DNA of 64,000 nt, from assembly GCA_965113315.1 (NCBI GenBank), contig OZ220364.1, one strand, 5' to 3'. Origin of the DNA: Podarcis vaucheri (lineage: Eukaryota). The notes under the pieces were generated by a model. That model was not told where the DNA came from. It did no database searches and saw nothing but the letters and a program-made list of their open reading frames with translations. Shown in pieces: positions 35,993 to 49,649 of this stretch (position 1 is the first letter of the stretch; the number at the start of each line of letters is the position of its first letter). The translations under genes and the position numbers were made by a program.

Positions 35993-38452
35993 GTATTTTG
36001 ATGGAGAAGACAGACTGTTTCTGACCTTCCACAAGCCTGGGTACCTCATTACCTCACAGAGCTGCCTCAAGATTCTGTCGACAATTTCTTAGGATGCCAA
36101 TAAAATTATAAGTGTGTTTGGGTGTAGGCTATAAAGCTATAATTGGACAAATCTAGCTTTTTTCAAACTATGACAAAATATCCATTGAATACAATCTTGA
36201 GGGGTGAAAGAATTTTTTACAGGAATTCCACAGGAGCTTATTCTGGGATAATGAAGAACTTACTGGAATGAAAAAAGAGGGTGGGTTGATGCAGAGATAT
36301 CTCATTCATCATACGAAAAGAAAAGTAGGAATTTCCTGAATTCTCAGAAGCATCATACATCATGTCTGGAGTTCTGAACTGAGTCTCAAACTTTTATCAA
36401 TAAATGAAGTTACAGTGATTTAGAATCAATAACTTTCTGTCCTATACTGGAAAAGAACTTTCCTGCTTAGCAGCCTCTGCAATTGGTCTATTTCATAAGG
36501 CAGAGAAGCCAGCCGGGTGCCGTCCAGATTTGTGGACCACTGTAACAACCACACCAGTTAAAGCACTGTTCACTTGAAGAGTCATGGCTCCCCCCCAAAA
36601 AAAAAAAAAAACCAACCCTGGGAACTGTCGTTTGTTAAGGAATTCTAACTCTGTGAGGGATGGCCTAACAACTCTAAGCACCCTTAACAAACCACAATTC
36701 CAAGGATTCTTTGGGGAAATCCATGATTGTTAAAGTGGTATAAGAGTGCTTTTAATGTGTGGTGTGAATGTAACCTACAACCCCCATCATCCCTGACCAT
36801 TTGCTATGTTGGGACTGATGGGAATTTGAGTCATAAGCACCGAAATGTCACCAGGTTGGCTATCCCTATCATAGGGCTTGACTGAACTGGTCCCAGCTCC
36901 TGATTTCCTTTGCTCCCACATGGAACAAGAAAGTCAAAGGGAAGAAACAAGCAGAGACTCCTTAGTATTGGGGAACCTCACACCTGTGTCATGTGTCTGT
37001 GGTTCAGCTGAAAATTGGATGCGCACAGTGTGTAGTGCTGATTGATTCAGAGCACGCTGGACAGGATTTGAATGTCTTAATTTCTTCCAAGGGTAACTAG
37101 TTCTAAAGGTACAGATTTATATTCATTTTCCCTCCTAGAAATAATTTTTAGGAGCTTGGACCAAGGTGTAGTAGAAGAGGAAAGAACAATCTAATAGGTT
37201 GCAACTTCTGTGTTTGTTCATGTTATAGCTCTATTAACACGCATGGCAATCTAAAGGCTTATCCACAGTTCCTCTTGTCCTGCTGTTTTCTTCATGGGGA
37301 AACCGCTCTTTAGCAGATTTCCCCCAGATTGCCATTTGTTCTGTTTATTGCAAAACTCTATGATTCTGTGATTCTGTGATTCTGTGAAAAGAGCAGGTGT
37401 TCCCTTGGAAAGGAGTGGGTCAAGGGGAAACCACTCAGACTCATGCCTAGAAAGAGCAGGTCAAGTGGAAAACCACTCAGCCCTGTGCTTTCTAGGCAGA
37501 GCCGTAGCTACAGGGGAGCTAGCCAGGTTTTTGCACTGGGTAAAGGCCCCATAACAGGGAAAGGTCACATCACATGATGCCAATGGGCCCAATCTTGGCC
37601 TCTTCACTATGCCAGCTTGGGAGTTGGCATAGCAATAGGGCATTTTTTTGTTTCCCACTCCCTTTCTGCCCTGGCTGGAATGAGTGGTGGGGCTGTGTGG
37701 ATGTGGTGGTGGCCATGTCATTTGGTTAAGCCCTGCCACTGCAACCCATGAAGAAAAAACAATCCTTCAGCCCCAGTGAGCTTACCATTTAAATTGTGGT
37801 TAGAAAAACGGGGAGTTGGGGGGTGAAGTGGAGGCAAGTGTAACAAGGTTTTCTGAGTATGCGAGCAGGTGAAGTTCCATATGCATTTGCAGTGGGAGGA
37901 ATGCAACATAGCACTAAGGAAATTGCTTCATCAGGGCAAGCATTGCTGCCTGATGGAACGTCCTCTCTCCTCCCCTCATGTGCTGTCCTGAGGGTTCTCT
38001 CAGTACCCACCCTCCAAGCCAATTTGGGGGTTATGTGGAAGGAGAAGAGGAGGAAAGCCCAGTAGCAGTTGGGGTTGTCCTTGTGCAGGCTTCTGCTAGT
38101 GAACAGTTAGTTACCTAGTGTCTTTATCCCAAAATTCATCAAAGCCAGAAATCTTGAAGTTCATGGGCAGTTTTTATGAGGTGCTCTGCACTCCATCATT
38201 CAGCATCAGGCTCTTGTGATGCATGAGAAAAAATTTATTAATGCAACCTTATCTTATATTTTCTATCTACAAACCACAAGGATGGTAGGAGATTCCTCAG
38301 CAACCCAAAGGTTACCAGATTAGTGCAGTCAGCCTTTCTCCTGGAATAGCCACCTTATTTTCTCCCTACCTGCATGCCTTGCACCCATTTTCCAGCTCTT
38401 CCGTGCATCTGCAACTTTCTTCTATAGTTTTTGGCTCTCTGCATGAACCTAG

Positions 38453-38530
38453 GAACGTGCTGTGGCCTCCTCAAAAGTGCTTGCACTCATGCACTGTGGT
38501 CTCAGGGTTGCTGTCTCCAGTCATGCCCGG
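38453..38530 (+). CDS. CACNA1A: candidate 78-nt in-frame cassette exon in the IIIS3-S4 linker (NVLWPPQKCLHSCTVVSGLLSPVMPG)
   Basis: pyrimidine tract + TGCATG + cctag| acceptor; strong CGG|gtgaga donor; phase 2/2 like e24a; no stop in the channel frame; unverified. Confidence 0.4.
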
Positions 38531-40973
38531 GTGAGATTTAATCTGGAGGTGTTTCAGCCTCTTTTCCCAGATCACACACCTTTAACAGCATGTTATTCTT
38601 ACATTTTTTTTTTCTGTCCTGAGGCGATGGGCAAAGCAGCCTGAATACAGAGTGAACATTTGAAACCTTCAGTTCTCACCTGAGGCCGCAATGCTTCGCT
38701 TACGAACCCCTCCATATGTCCTTTTTATTCATGATTATTTGTTGTCATGATGGTACTGCGAGTTCCTCTGTAGCCGTCTCAGGTGAAGGTAGTCTTACAG
38801 TTCTAGCATGTCTCTTAAGTAGCCAGACATAGAACAAGCTTGGGGAAGAACTGAGGCTGAAATCCTGGAATGGTGACTAAAGTTTCTAGTCAGGTGTCAC
38901 ATATGCAGCACGTGGCACTGAGCCAGTGCCATCACATGGAAAGGCAAGCTCCAGTAGTGTTGTGAACTTGTGACTAAGGCAAGCCTATGTCCCTGTAAGG
39001 AAAGCCTATGTCCCTGGGTTGTGTAGCAGGGTGAAAGTGTAATTGTCTCTAAGGCCTGCCGTAGCTCACTCTTCCAGATATCCCATTTTTGAAAATATCT
39101 TAACACAATGGAACTTGATCCTGTACCTGCAGGACTGAAGAATGGGAGCTGTGAATTCACCTTGCAATAGATTAGCATTTATTCTACTGATCCAACATGC
39201 ACATGCTTATCTACTCAGCCTTGGAGATCTGACTAGGACAGTGCTTCTGCTTCAAAAACAATAAGGGCAGCAAGAGCTATGGAAGAGTATATGGGGTGCA
39301 TTAGTAGAGATGATGGGTATCTGACAGATTTATCAGAGATTTGGGGCTCCTGGAGACCATGGGTCTCATTTTCTTTTATAATCTGACAATTGCCACCATA
39401 GAAGAGTGGTGGAATAGGATTAATGTCTGACATAGCTGGCATTTAAAAAGTCAGTGCAAACAACTTTGCAGCGACATTGTTGGTGGTTGTGTTTCCCAGT
39501 CATTTATTACTCTGATGGAACTTGCCACCCTCTACTGCACTTTTCCTTTCCTCTCTTTCTTATGCATTCTATATCACTGGTGATCTGGTTTGTTCTTCTC
39601 TCATCTCTCATCAGTTTCATTAAAATTTTCATCAGCATATAGAAAATGTTTTTGAGCCAATCATGCCAGCTTCAATTAAATGTACAAGGGTCTGGATTGT
39701 TTTTCAGCTGTGTTGCTGTCATCTGACTGTATAAACTGCTCTGTAGTCCACTACGTTATGTTTATTCATACTATTGCATCAGTAGCAGCCACACCAGTGT
39801 GTTAAGCAACTAGATTCTGGATTGTAAACTCATTTCATAGCCGCTGTTCTAGACTGGAACTTCGGATCACCGGAGGAGTGTCGAGATAGTTGCTATTACC
39901 CCACCTAGGTCCAAAAAAAATTGTGCTGATGAGAACTTGGCCTCCCCCACCACTATTGCTATCTGTATTTGGACAAAAGAATGATCACCTTGATAGGGAA
40001 ACTTAGTAGAGCTTCATGAAACAATAGTTTTTATTTGTACTAGCTTAGAAGTAAGGACTGAACTGAGAATTGTGTCCCAGACCTAAACAGCCTAATTAGC
40101 TTCCCATGTCATGTGGTGAGGCATGCAACCTGATCCCACATATGTTTATTTGGAACCAAGTCGCACTTAAAATCCTAACCATGCCTACTACAAAATATGT
40201 CCTATTGAATTCAGTGCTATTGAATTCAGAGTACTCAGTTAGGTGGCGTTAGGATTGCAGCCTTTGTCCCTACTAAGCGTGCTTAGGTATAAAGACTTGA
40301 TATTTCAATCAAACTCCTCTTCATTTTCATTCCTTAGTCAGGATTTGTGTAACCATTGGAATTTGACGCCTTGATTTTTATGTCAGTGGAAATTAGTATA
40401 TAAATCCAAGTAAGCACATCAAGAAATGGATGCTGAATGAAAGACCAAAAAGCTTTAAAGAATAAGGATATGTAAATTTAGGGTAAAGATTAAGCCTTGA
40501 ATAAAAAACAAGTACAATCTGAATGTGAGTAAGCTCCACATAAGAGATGAATAAGATTTTTTGAAGCGCCTTTGGCTGCTGCCCTTTGCCCTCAGGTGGT
40601 TTTTTGTGTTTGTTGTTTGTTTTTGGATGAGCAAGGGCAGACAGGTTTGTTTTCTTTGTAAGAAATGCTTTCTCCAGTGATGCTGGAAACTTCCCGGGTT
40701 TCCAGCTGAGCTGGCATGAAGGATTTTCTCAACACCAAGGCTTTGATCTTGTTTAGCCTAAGATCTGTAGCTAAACAGTTGTAGCACATTACTACCCTGT
40801 GTTTCAAGGCAGCCGCCAAAGAAGGGTGCAGGAAAAACCTATTTGGTTCAGAAACCTCCCTGAACAGAGCCAGCATGTGGTATTGGGTTCGTTTGGGGTT
40901 TATGTTGTGTGTTCTCTTTCTTAATGTTACTCACTTTCCTTGTCTCTTCCCTTTCACTGCCACTTCACAACAG

Positions 40974-40985
40974 GAGCAGCACACG
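40974..40985 (+). CDS. CACNA1A: microexon e24a (12 nt, inserts SSTR into the IIIS3-S4 linker)
   Basis: long polypyrimidine tract with TGC, caacag|GAGCAGCACACG|gtaaag; reads T-SSTR-G, matching the rodent Cav2.1 e24a peptide. Confidence 0.9.
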
Positions 40986-41006
40986 GTAAAGTCTTTCTGT
41001 CTGTCT

Positions 41007-41011
41007 CTTTC

Positions 41012-41062
<51 letters not shown>
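41007..41062. repeat. (CTTT)n microsatellite just downstream of e24a
   Basis: direct reading. Confidence 0.93.
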
Positions 41063-43416
41063 CACTCACTCTCTGGTACACATTCTATTTATCTATGTGA
41101 TCTTGGTTATGCATCACTTTGGCTAATGTGGTTGGAAGGGAAGACATTTTAGAGTTCCTTTCGTCTCTCCAAACATCAGTCATTCAGTTGGTACTGTTGT
41201 AGGTTGCATCACTGAGTTGGGATCATTGTATTTTACTGTCAGGATTTCACTCTCTGGGACTCTGCAATGGCCATGATGTGCACTGAACAGAACATTCTAC
41301 TGCAACCTGCTTGAAATGTATTGAAATCCTGCTTGTGCCAGGAACTCATGATATGCTAATGTTGTCAAGGATGAAGGACAAGGATGGTGATTAGAAATAA
41401 CATCAGCTTTAAAAAGAAAGCCCCCACGTGCTAGAGACTTTGGGAACATCCAACTGCACTGAGCAGTCATAGGACAGGGTGCTACTTCCTAGAGGCCTGT
41501 TGTCATCTACACACAACAGCAACAAAAACGGCCCTGGGGCATATGCTTGGGAGTTGTTGGGGTTTTTTAAAAAAAAATCTAGCCTCCCTTGTGCTTTTGT
41601 TCTGTCAAGGAGGGAGTTGGAGAGCATAGTTTGCTTGGCTGTAAAGCCTGGGGCTCACTGTTGTTCGAAGGAAAGTCTTCTGGTGAATAGAGATATAACG
41701 TAAATAAGCAGGGCATTCTCACAACTATGGAAATATGTTGTGCCCAAACAGACAATCCTTCTGTCTCTTTGTTCTGCAGGCTAGCTGTTTTCAGTAATGT
41801 TAAACATTTATGCTGGAAAATGACAGTGTTTGGGAATGTCATGGCCAGAGAGTGCTAATAGGATCAAGCTGGAATATGTCACTACTAGGCATCCGTTTTG
41901 CATTTTCTGGCATCTAAAACTGTCATTTTATTAAAAGTGTCATGAGAGATTATCTAGCTGTCAGAACTCTTTCCCTTTGTGTCTGACTTTTGGAAGGATT
42001 ATAATCGGGAGCTCTTCTCCAAGTGGCTTTGTTGGCTCTCCATTGAATATATGTTCACTCAAAAGTTTGAAAACCATCTCTCCAGCAGTGCATTTCTGAG
42101 AAAAGGTTTTGCCACTCTCTTTATAGTATGAGGCTATTCACATGTGTTGAACCAGAAGTGTAAAAGAAAGAGTGCTCCTCGCAGAAGTATATGTTAGATA
42201 GCAGGGCCTGTGAAGCAGCTGTAGTTATAATAGCTCTCCTGTAATACAGTCATGTTGCTTAAATGTTTCCTTAAATTATAACTATAATTTATTATATATA
42301 TGCCTCAAATAAACCCGCTATTAGAAAAGCTGTGTTGTAGTGGACTTGCAGTGCTTTATTGTAGGCATATACAAGTTTCTCTTAACCACCCCAGCTGGTA
42401 AAAATACAACAACATTAATAAATTAAATAGCTAACAATTTGCTGCATATTCATGATTTCCAAAATCAACTACCCTGCTCTGCCTAACGGTGGGGCTGGCT
42501 TTCAGTGGCTTCTTGTAGAAGATGAGAAGAGATTATATATTTCTCCAAACTAGGAATCGATTCCAGGAATATGTCCTTGTCGTCTTCTTTTTCACTTTTT
42601 CACCCAATAAGAAAAATTGACAAGGTGGAGCTAAATGGGACTGAAGAACTTTAGCATATTGCTACTCTCACCTTTGCATGTGTGTTGTGCACTGAAGGCA
42701 GAGATGGAATTCTATCTTACTGCTGGAGAGAAGGTTCTAGGTTATCTGGATGCAAACAGAATGTGAGCCAGTGGATAGGTTAAGGAAAAGCATATTGAAC
42801 AGTCATCCAACGATGGGACTACTTCAGAATAAACTTTTAATTCTCCCCATACCAAAAATTCTCTGGGATTGGAAAACTAATGTGTAATGGAGAAAGATAG
42901 GCTAGAGCAATTCTCATAGATGTGCAAGCATTCTCACTGGGGTGCTGGCTTTCAACATACAAGAATTTTTGTCATGAAATATGCCATGCCACCCACCTGC
43001 ATTCTGAAGTACAGTAGTACAGTCCCAGGAAGGCTTTACTACATGATATAATAACAGCTACAACTACTACTACTACTACTACAACCAAAGCACCCAGTAT
43101 GTTTGAATATGTGTTTTTTTATGCCTCAGGGCTATAAAGATTCTGTAGGTGTACTTTGTATTCTTTCAATTTGTAGCAGGTCTGTAAGGGGCTTCCCACA
43201 TTTCTGTGTTCTGTTGGTTCTGTATAAGTTATCTGCATAAAACTAGTATATGTTTCTAACAGCATCAACATATTCTGCTTCACTTCGGCATGGGTTCCTG
43301 AAGCAGCACAGTGAGAGCATTAATTCAGGCTGCAACTTCTTCCTTTGTTATTTTCCCCATTCTTAGGAGAATCCTGTTTTTACATGCCCCCCTTCATTTG
43401 ATATGATGTACACACA

Positions 43417-43780
43417 GTGTGGGTGGCGCTGTGGGTTAAACCACAGAGCCTAGGACTTGCCGATCAGAAGGTCGGCAGTTCGAATCCCCGCGACGGGGTG
43501 AGCTCTCGTTGCTCGGTCCCTGCTCCTGCCCACCTAGCAGTTCGAAAGCATGTCAAAGTGCAAGTAGATAAGTGCAAGTAGACCTTCTCTGGCAGGAAGG
43601 TAAACGGTGTTTCCGTGCACTGCTCTGGTTCACCAGAAGCGGCTTAGTCATGCTGGCCACATGATCTGGAATCTGTACGCTGGCTCCCTCGGCCAATAAA
43701 GCGAGATGAGCGCCACAACCCCAGAGTCGTTCACGACTGGACCTAATGGTCAGGGGTCCCTTTACCTTTTACCTTTACCT
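43417..43780 (+). mobile_element. Sauria SINE (lacertid POM-type), full length
   Basis: A box GTGGCGCTGTGG, B box GTTCGAATCCC, (ACCTTT)n tail, 8-bp TSD TACACACA (43409-43416, 43781-43788). Confidence 0.9.
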
Positions 43781-44518
43781 TACACACAAATGCATAGCCA
43801 GTTATGATCTGAGAAATGTAAACCTTAGTAAGGCTGCAATGATTCTTGGCATTGTATGTGTGTGCACTTTACAAAACTGGGAGAAGACAACTTTAGTAGC
43901 ACAGGAGATGAGGGGAAACTAATATAGGGTAGCATAAAAACAGGCAGGATAACTTGACTGGCAAGGTTTGAACTTTAAAGGAAATTGAAACTGAGTTGAG
44001 AACTGCTGTTGAATACTTTAGTGCTGTGTATCAGCTGGTATCAATGTGTGCCATTGCCTTGTAACACTCCAATACACCTCACAGCACCTTCTATTCTTTC
44101 TCAGTGAATCTGGTAACAACAGTTAAAGAATACATCCAGCAATACTTGAACCCCCTTTGAAAATGTTACTTCTAGACCAGGCTATTTTCTTTTTTGAGGA
44201 GCACATGCCTTGGGACGGAGCATTCCAACTTCTTAGCACCTTGAGGAATTCTTCACAAGGGATCTAAATCCTATGGTGCTGGTGAACAGAAAGGGTATGA
44301 GCTGAAAGGGTACCAATACAGATGAAGTGATGGGTGGAATCAAAAGCATATAAAAAAGAGTAAAGCAGCTTAAGGAATGGCAAGAATGGAGTGGTAACTG
44401 GGAAAGGTAGATGCGACTGTTACAACAGAACCTTAAAAGTAGTATGGATGACAAAAAGGTTAGCGGATAGCATGAGTATATATCTCCCTTTGGCAGTCCT
44501 CTGTCTAGAACATTGTAA

Positions 44519-44686
<168 letters not shown>

Positions 44687-46211
44687 TAGCAGCAAAAAAA
44701 GATGGAGATGTACATTGATGGAACTATATAATCATTGTTGTTTTGGGGGGGGGGATGTAAATCAACAGTTTAAGAAAGAAAATGTGGGTGTGGTTAGAGT
44801 GAGAAGAAGGTTGGACCCAGCCTTCAGACGCTTTCATGCATGAGATCTAGTGAAACAAAGGGAGGGGTTTCTGTACGTATTTTCTCTCCATAGGCATCTC
44901 TCAGTGTCATTTGAATTGGATCATAGTTAGGGATGGCGGAAGAATCCACCCTACCCTTACACAATCCAGACAGATCATGCATGACCTGGATCATCTTCAG
45001 AATCCACAGTCCAGTGAATTCCATTATGAGGGGATCTGCAGGCTCTGTGCTGCCTCCAACCCTTCTCTGAACTTCCCTCCCTTTAAAATGCATGTAAAAA
45101 TTGGGGCAGCCGTTTCCCCTCATACAGTTCTTTCTGGGAGTGACAGAATGATATCAAGTACTGTTGCTCTCAGGGAGTCTTGCTCTATGCATATTGAAAG
45201 CAAGGAGCCCCCCCCCCCCCATGCTAGCTGCTTAGGCTCCGGGTGGTTACATACACTATTCCTGAAGCTATAAACAGAAAAATGGGGGGGGGGACTGGAG
45301 AGAGTATGCAACCATCAGACTGCCTTATAAGTACTTTAACATGTGTGTTTCTAGGTGCATTTTAAATAATTTTCCATTTAAAATCTGCCTGAAAAGGGGA
45401 TGGGATGAATTTAGTCCCATCACCTGTGAGAACTGGGATGGACCAGACTTTAATGGGTCCATCTATACCTAAGCATAGTTGTGCCTGTTTTCCAACCATA
45501 ATTCTGCAAAATGAGGATAACATTTCATGCATCTGATTAAGTGGACTCTAATCCATGAAGATTTATGTAATAAATAAGAGAGCTAGACTCCCTCTTGCTA
45601 CAGTAGACTAACACAGCTTTATCTATAAGTAGCAAAAAAGATGGAATCCTCTTTGTGGGGACAAGTTATTGCTCTGTTCTGGAGGAACTTGAAATTATTT
45701 TTGGATGGGCTGAGGATTTTCAAGAAATAGGTACTTCTGTGGTTATGCAGACAGCTTGGGACTTGGCTTCCTCAGAGGTTGCCTGCTCCCACAGTGATTT
45801 CTCAGCCCTTGAGAGGCTCTGCTTTCATATAGGCAGCTGCAAGAGAGAGAGGTGGTGGAAGCAAGATAGTGGAGTATCCTCTGTGGGAATCCACTGGATT
45901 TCTATCTGTTTTTAAAGGGCTTTTGAATATTTCTACTTACTTATTTTAATAAATGTTTCACATCAGATTGAATTGCTGTGTTCTACAATTTTATGGTCTG
46001 CAGCTCTTAAACTAGTTTTTATTCATTTGTTTAGTGCTGATATTTTAGTGCTGCGTACAATTGTTAATTTAGCTTGATTTTATATTTGGTGTTGTATGTC
46101 CATTTTTTTGCAAGCTGATTTGGAGTTTTCTTTAAGCCACTTCGGTTGGCTGGATATACATTCTAATAAGTTATCTAGCAAACCCTTACCAGAACCCTGT
46201 GTTCTTTCTAG

Positions 46212-46448
<237 letters not shown>

Positions 46449-47083
46449 TAAGAACTTTTATGTCTCTTCTCTAGAGTTATAGACTCAAAACCCAAATTAG
46501 ATTGGAGCTTGCAGGTTGCATTTCTCATGTTGCGTTCCCTGCTACATCAGTGCAGGCAAATGAATTCTAATGCTGTAGTTCCTGGTTTATATTTTGCTGT
46601 GTACTTGTTAGTATTGTTTGTTATGCTGATTTTATATCTCACCATTAAGTAAATATAATCAAGAATAATAATACAAATAACCCAGATCCATAGTGTAATC
46701 ACAGCAGAGCTCAGTTATTATCTTACTAATAACACAGCCAAATCTTAAACTGGTGTACATCAGTGTCAGTCAAGTTAATGAAGTAACTGTGGTTTATACA
46801 GATCAGACCTATTAAGAGCTATTGTGTTGGAGCTAAGTGAATCAGCTCCACTTAAGCACCCTGAAATGAGGCTGTTATACCAGCTAAAGTGTGATCATTA
46901 ACTATCTGGATTAACTTTTGTGTGATAACATGAATAAAAGGTTCAGACACTCCTTTATATTCACACAGAGACTGAAGCTCCAATCACTGGCAAAGCAACC
47001 ATTTGCACCATGACATATCCTTGCCAAATTGCCCACTTCATTGTTGTAGCATGTCCCTGAATGTTTCTCTTGATCTCCATCAG

Positions 47084-47221
47084 GGGAGAGTACTTAGTCT
47101 ATGAGAAGGATGACGTGAAGGCTGAGAAACGAGAATGGAAGAAATATGAGTTCCATTATGACAACGTGTTGTGGGCGCTTCTTACTCTTTTCACTGTATC
47201 TACAGGAGAAGGCTGGCCAGA
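47084..47221 (+). CDS. CACNA1A: exon 27 (domain III pore: ...[23 protein letters not shown])
   Basis: catcag| / |gtaagt, 138 nt. Confidence 0.96.
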
Positions 47222-49175
47222 GTAAGTGATTCAGGAAAATGAGTGTTGGTTACTATGCTAGGCTGCTGGGTATCTGTTTGGCCGATGCTGGAAACTAGAA
47301 TGGTCCCTAGACATAACTAGTCTAGCCTTTTTGGATTAGCTTCATCACTAAGACACTTTTGTCACATAGAAGTCCAGGCTTATCAGCCATAGTTTGCCCT
47401 TGCCATATAAAAACACCATCCTGGGAAGAAGGATTTGTATGAAATGTTTCTTTATTTCTGCTGCTGAAAAGCCACTGAAAGCACAGGAATGTAAAATGAG
47501 GCAAAATGTAATTAAGATTGGGGCTTGTGATTCATGAACTTTACCTTCTGGAAACCCAAGGTCCATTGTGGGCATGCACATAGGTATTTGTTTACCTGTG
47601 CATATGTCCCATTTTTATTTTAAAAAATGTTTTGTCTGTGGAATAGTGCAAGAGCAGTTGTACACAAAACAGCTGTTTTAGAAAATTAAACTAAAGTGGA
47701 CATGCCTCCAGCAACAACTGGTGAAGTTAGGCATGCTCCCTTTCCTTTGGACTGTTGAAATAAAATAGCTAGGTTGTGCTCAGACAGCAAGCAAATGGGA
47801 AGAGGGGATGTGGAAATAAATAGCACTGTGAAAAATAGCTTTACCCATGTTAAAACAACAACAAACCAGCCACACAATGCACTTCAGTGGGTTACATGCT
47901 ATTTTATGCCAGATTTCCTACCTCCATTACTACATTATCAATAGACTGGGAAATGCAAATTAAATGGGAGGGGCTGCCATTGGGATGATGATGTGTAGAT
48001 AACATGAAAAACTTAAAAACATAGGTTGCATCAAATTCACTGTAAAATGCCCTATACATAACCCCTTTGCCAGAGAAACAATTTCTCTTGTGACCTATAA
48101 CTGTGATCAGCTTAACGTAGACCTCCAGTGCCCACACCCCACATTAATATAGCAGTGCCATTGGTACGAGATTTAGAGGCAGATGTCCAGGGCTCAATTC
48201 AGAAGAATGAGTAGAAGGGCCCCCAGATATTTTAAACCACATTTTAAAATCAGAGAAATAATACACGTTACCATCTAAAAGCCTTGCCCCTCCATAAGAT
48301 AACGTCTAGAGTTTAAAATAACCTATATCCAGCATTGTGCAAATAGCAGGGGTTGCTTCTAGTGCCCTAGAAGAATTGTTACAAAGAACAAAATGTGGGC
48401 AATGTATTAGTTACATCAAAGACAGGTCTTTCTTTAAAATGGAAAGATTCAGCAATCCCCAAGATTAAATTCTGGCTATTAACAAACTGGGGAACTTACT
48501 GCATATAACACTAATGTCTCACAACAAATGTAACTGATCTGTAGAATACAGAACCTGAAAAAAGAGACAATGAATGTACTTTTGTAAACTAAGAAAATAT
48601 TTAATAAAAATTGTTTTTTAAAAACAATCTGGGGAACTGCTGTGATGGATGGTAGGGGTAATACAGTATGTTAAGATGAGAGAGCCCAAAGCATACATAT
48701 ACCAGCTATTTTCAAACAAAATGGAGTTCATGAATTTCTGAGAGATACATGCACAGACAAATGGTTTTGAAATTGCAGAAGAATGTTTGGAATGTAATGT
48801 TTTATGTTTCAGACTAATCTCTGGTTCTGGAAAGTCTAACGTTTTGTTTTGTTGACTTACAGATTTGTAAATATAATTTTTGTTAATTAAAAAAACAGAA
48901 TTGTTAGAAGGTGTCTCCATTTCAAAAGTACCAGTGCTTGCATTGACAACCACATGGGAAAGAGAACCAGAACAAATGACTGCATCTTCCTCTTCCTCTA
49001 TGCACCCAAGAGGAAGAGGTAAGTGCTGCCTTCCCATCCATCTCTTTCCCATTTGCTATGAATTTTGCCAGCTGCCATCTGAGACCTTGAGCTTAGTAAG
49101 ATTCATCTCACTGTATGATGAGAATCTCAAAAGCTACAAAAGACTTTACAGACACTTTGGTGTGATTACAGCTGA

Positions 49176-49649
<474 letters not shown>

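Noticed and set aside
38976-39016. 21-bp tandem duplication AAGGMAAGCCTATGTCCCTG, and a partial duplication at 37387-37480
   Set aside because: Ordinary local slippage duplications with no sign of function.
43421-43490. tRNA-like A and B boxes
   Set aside because: Head of a Sauria SINE; no complete cloverleaf.
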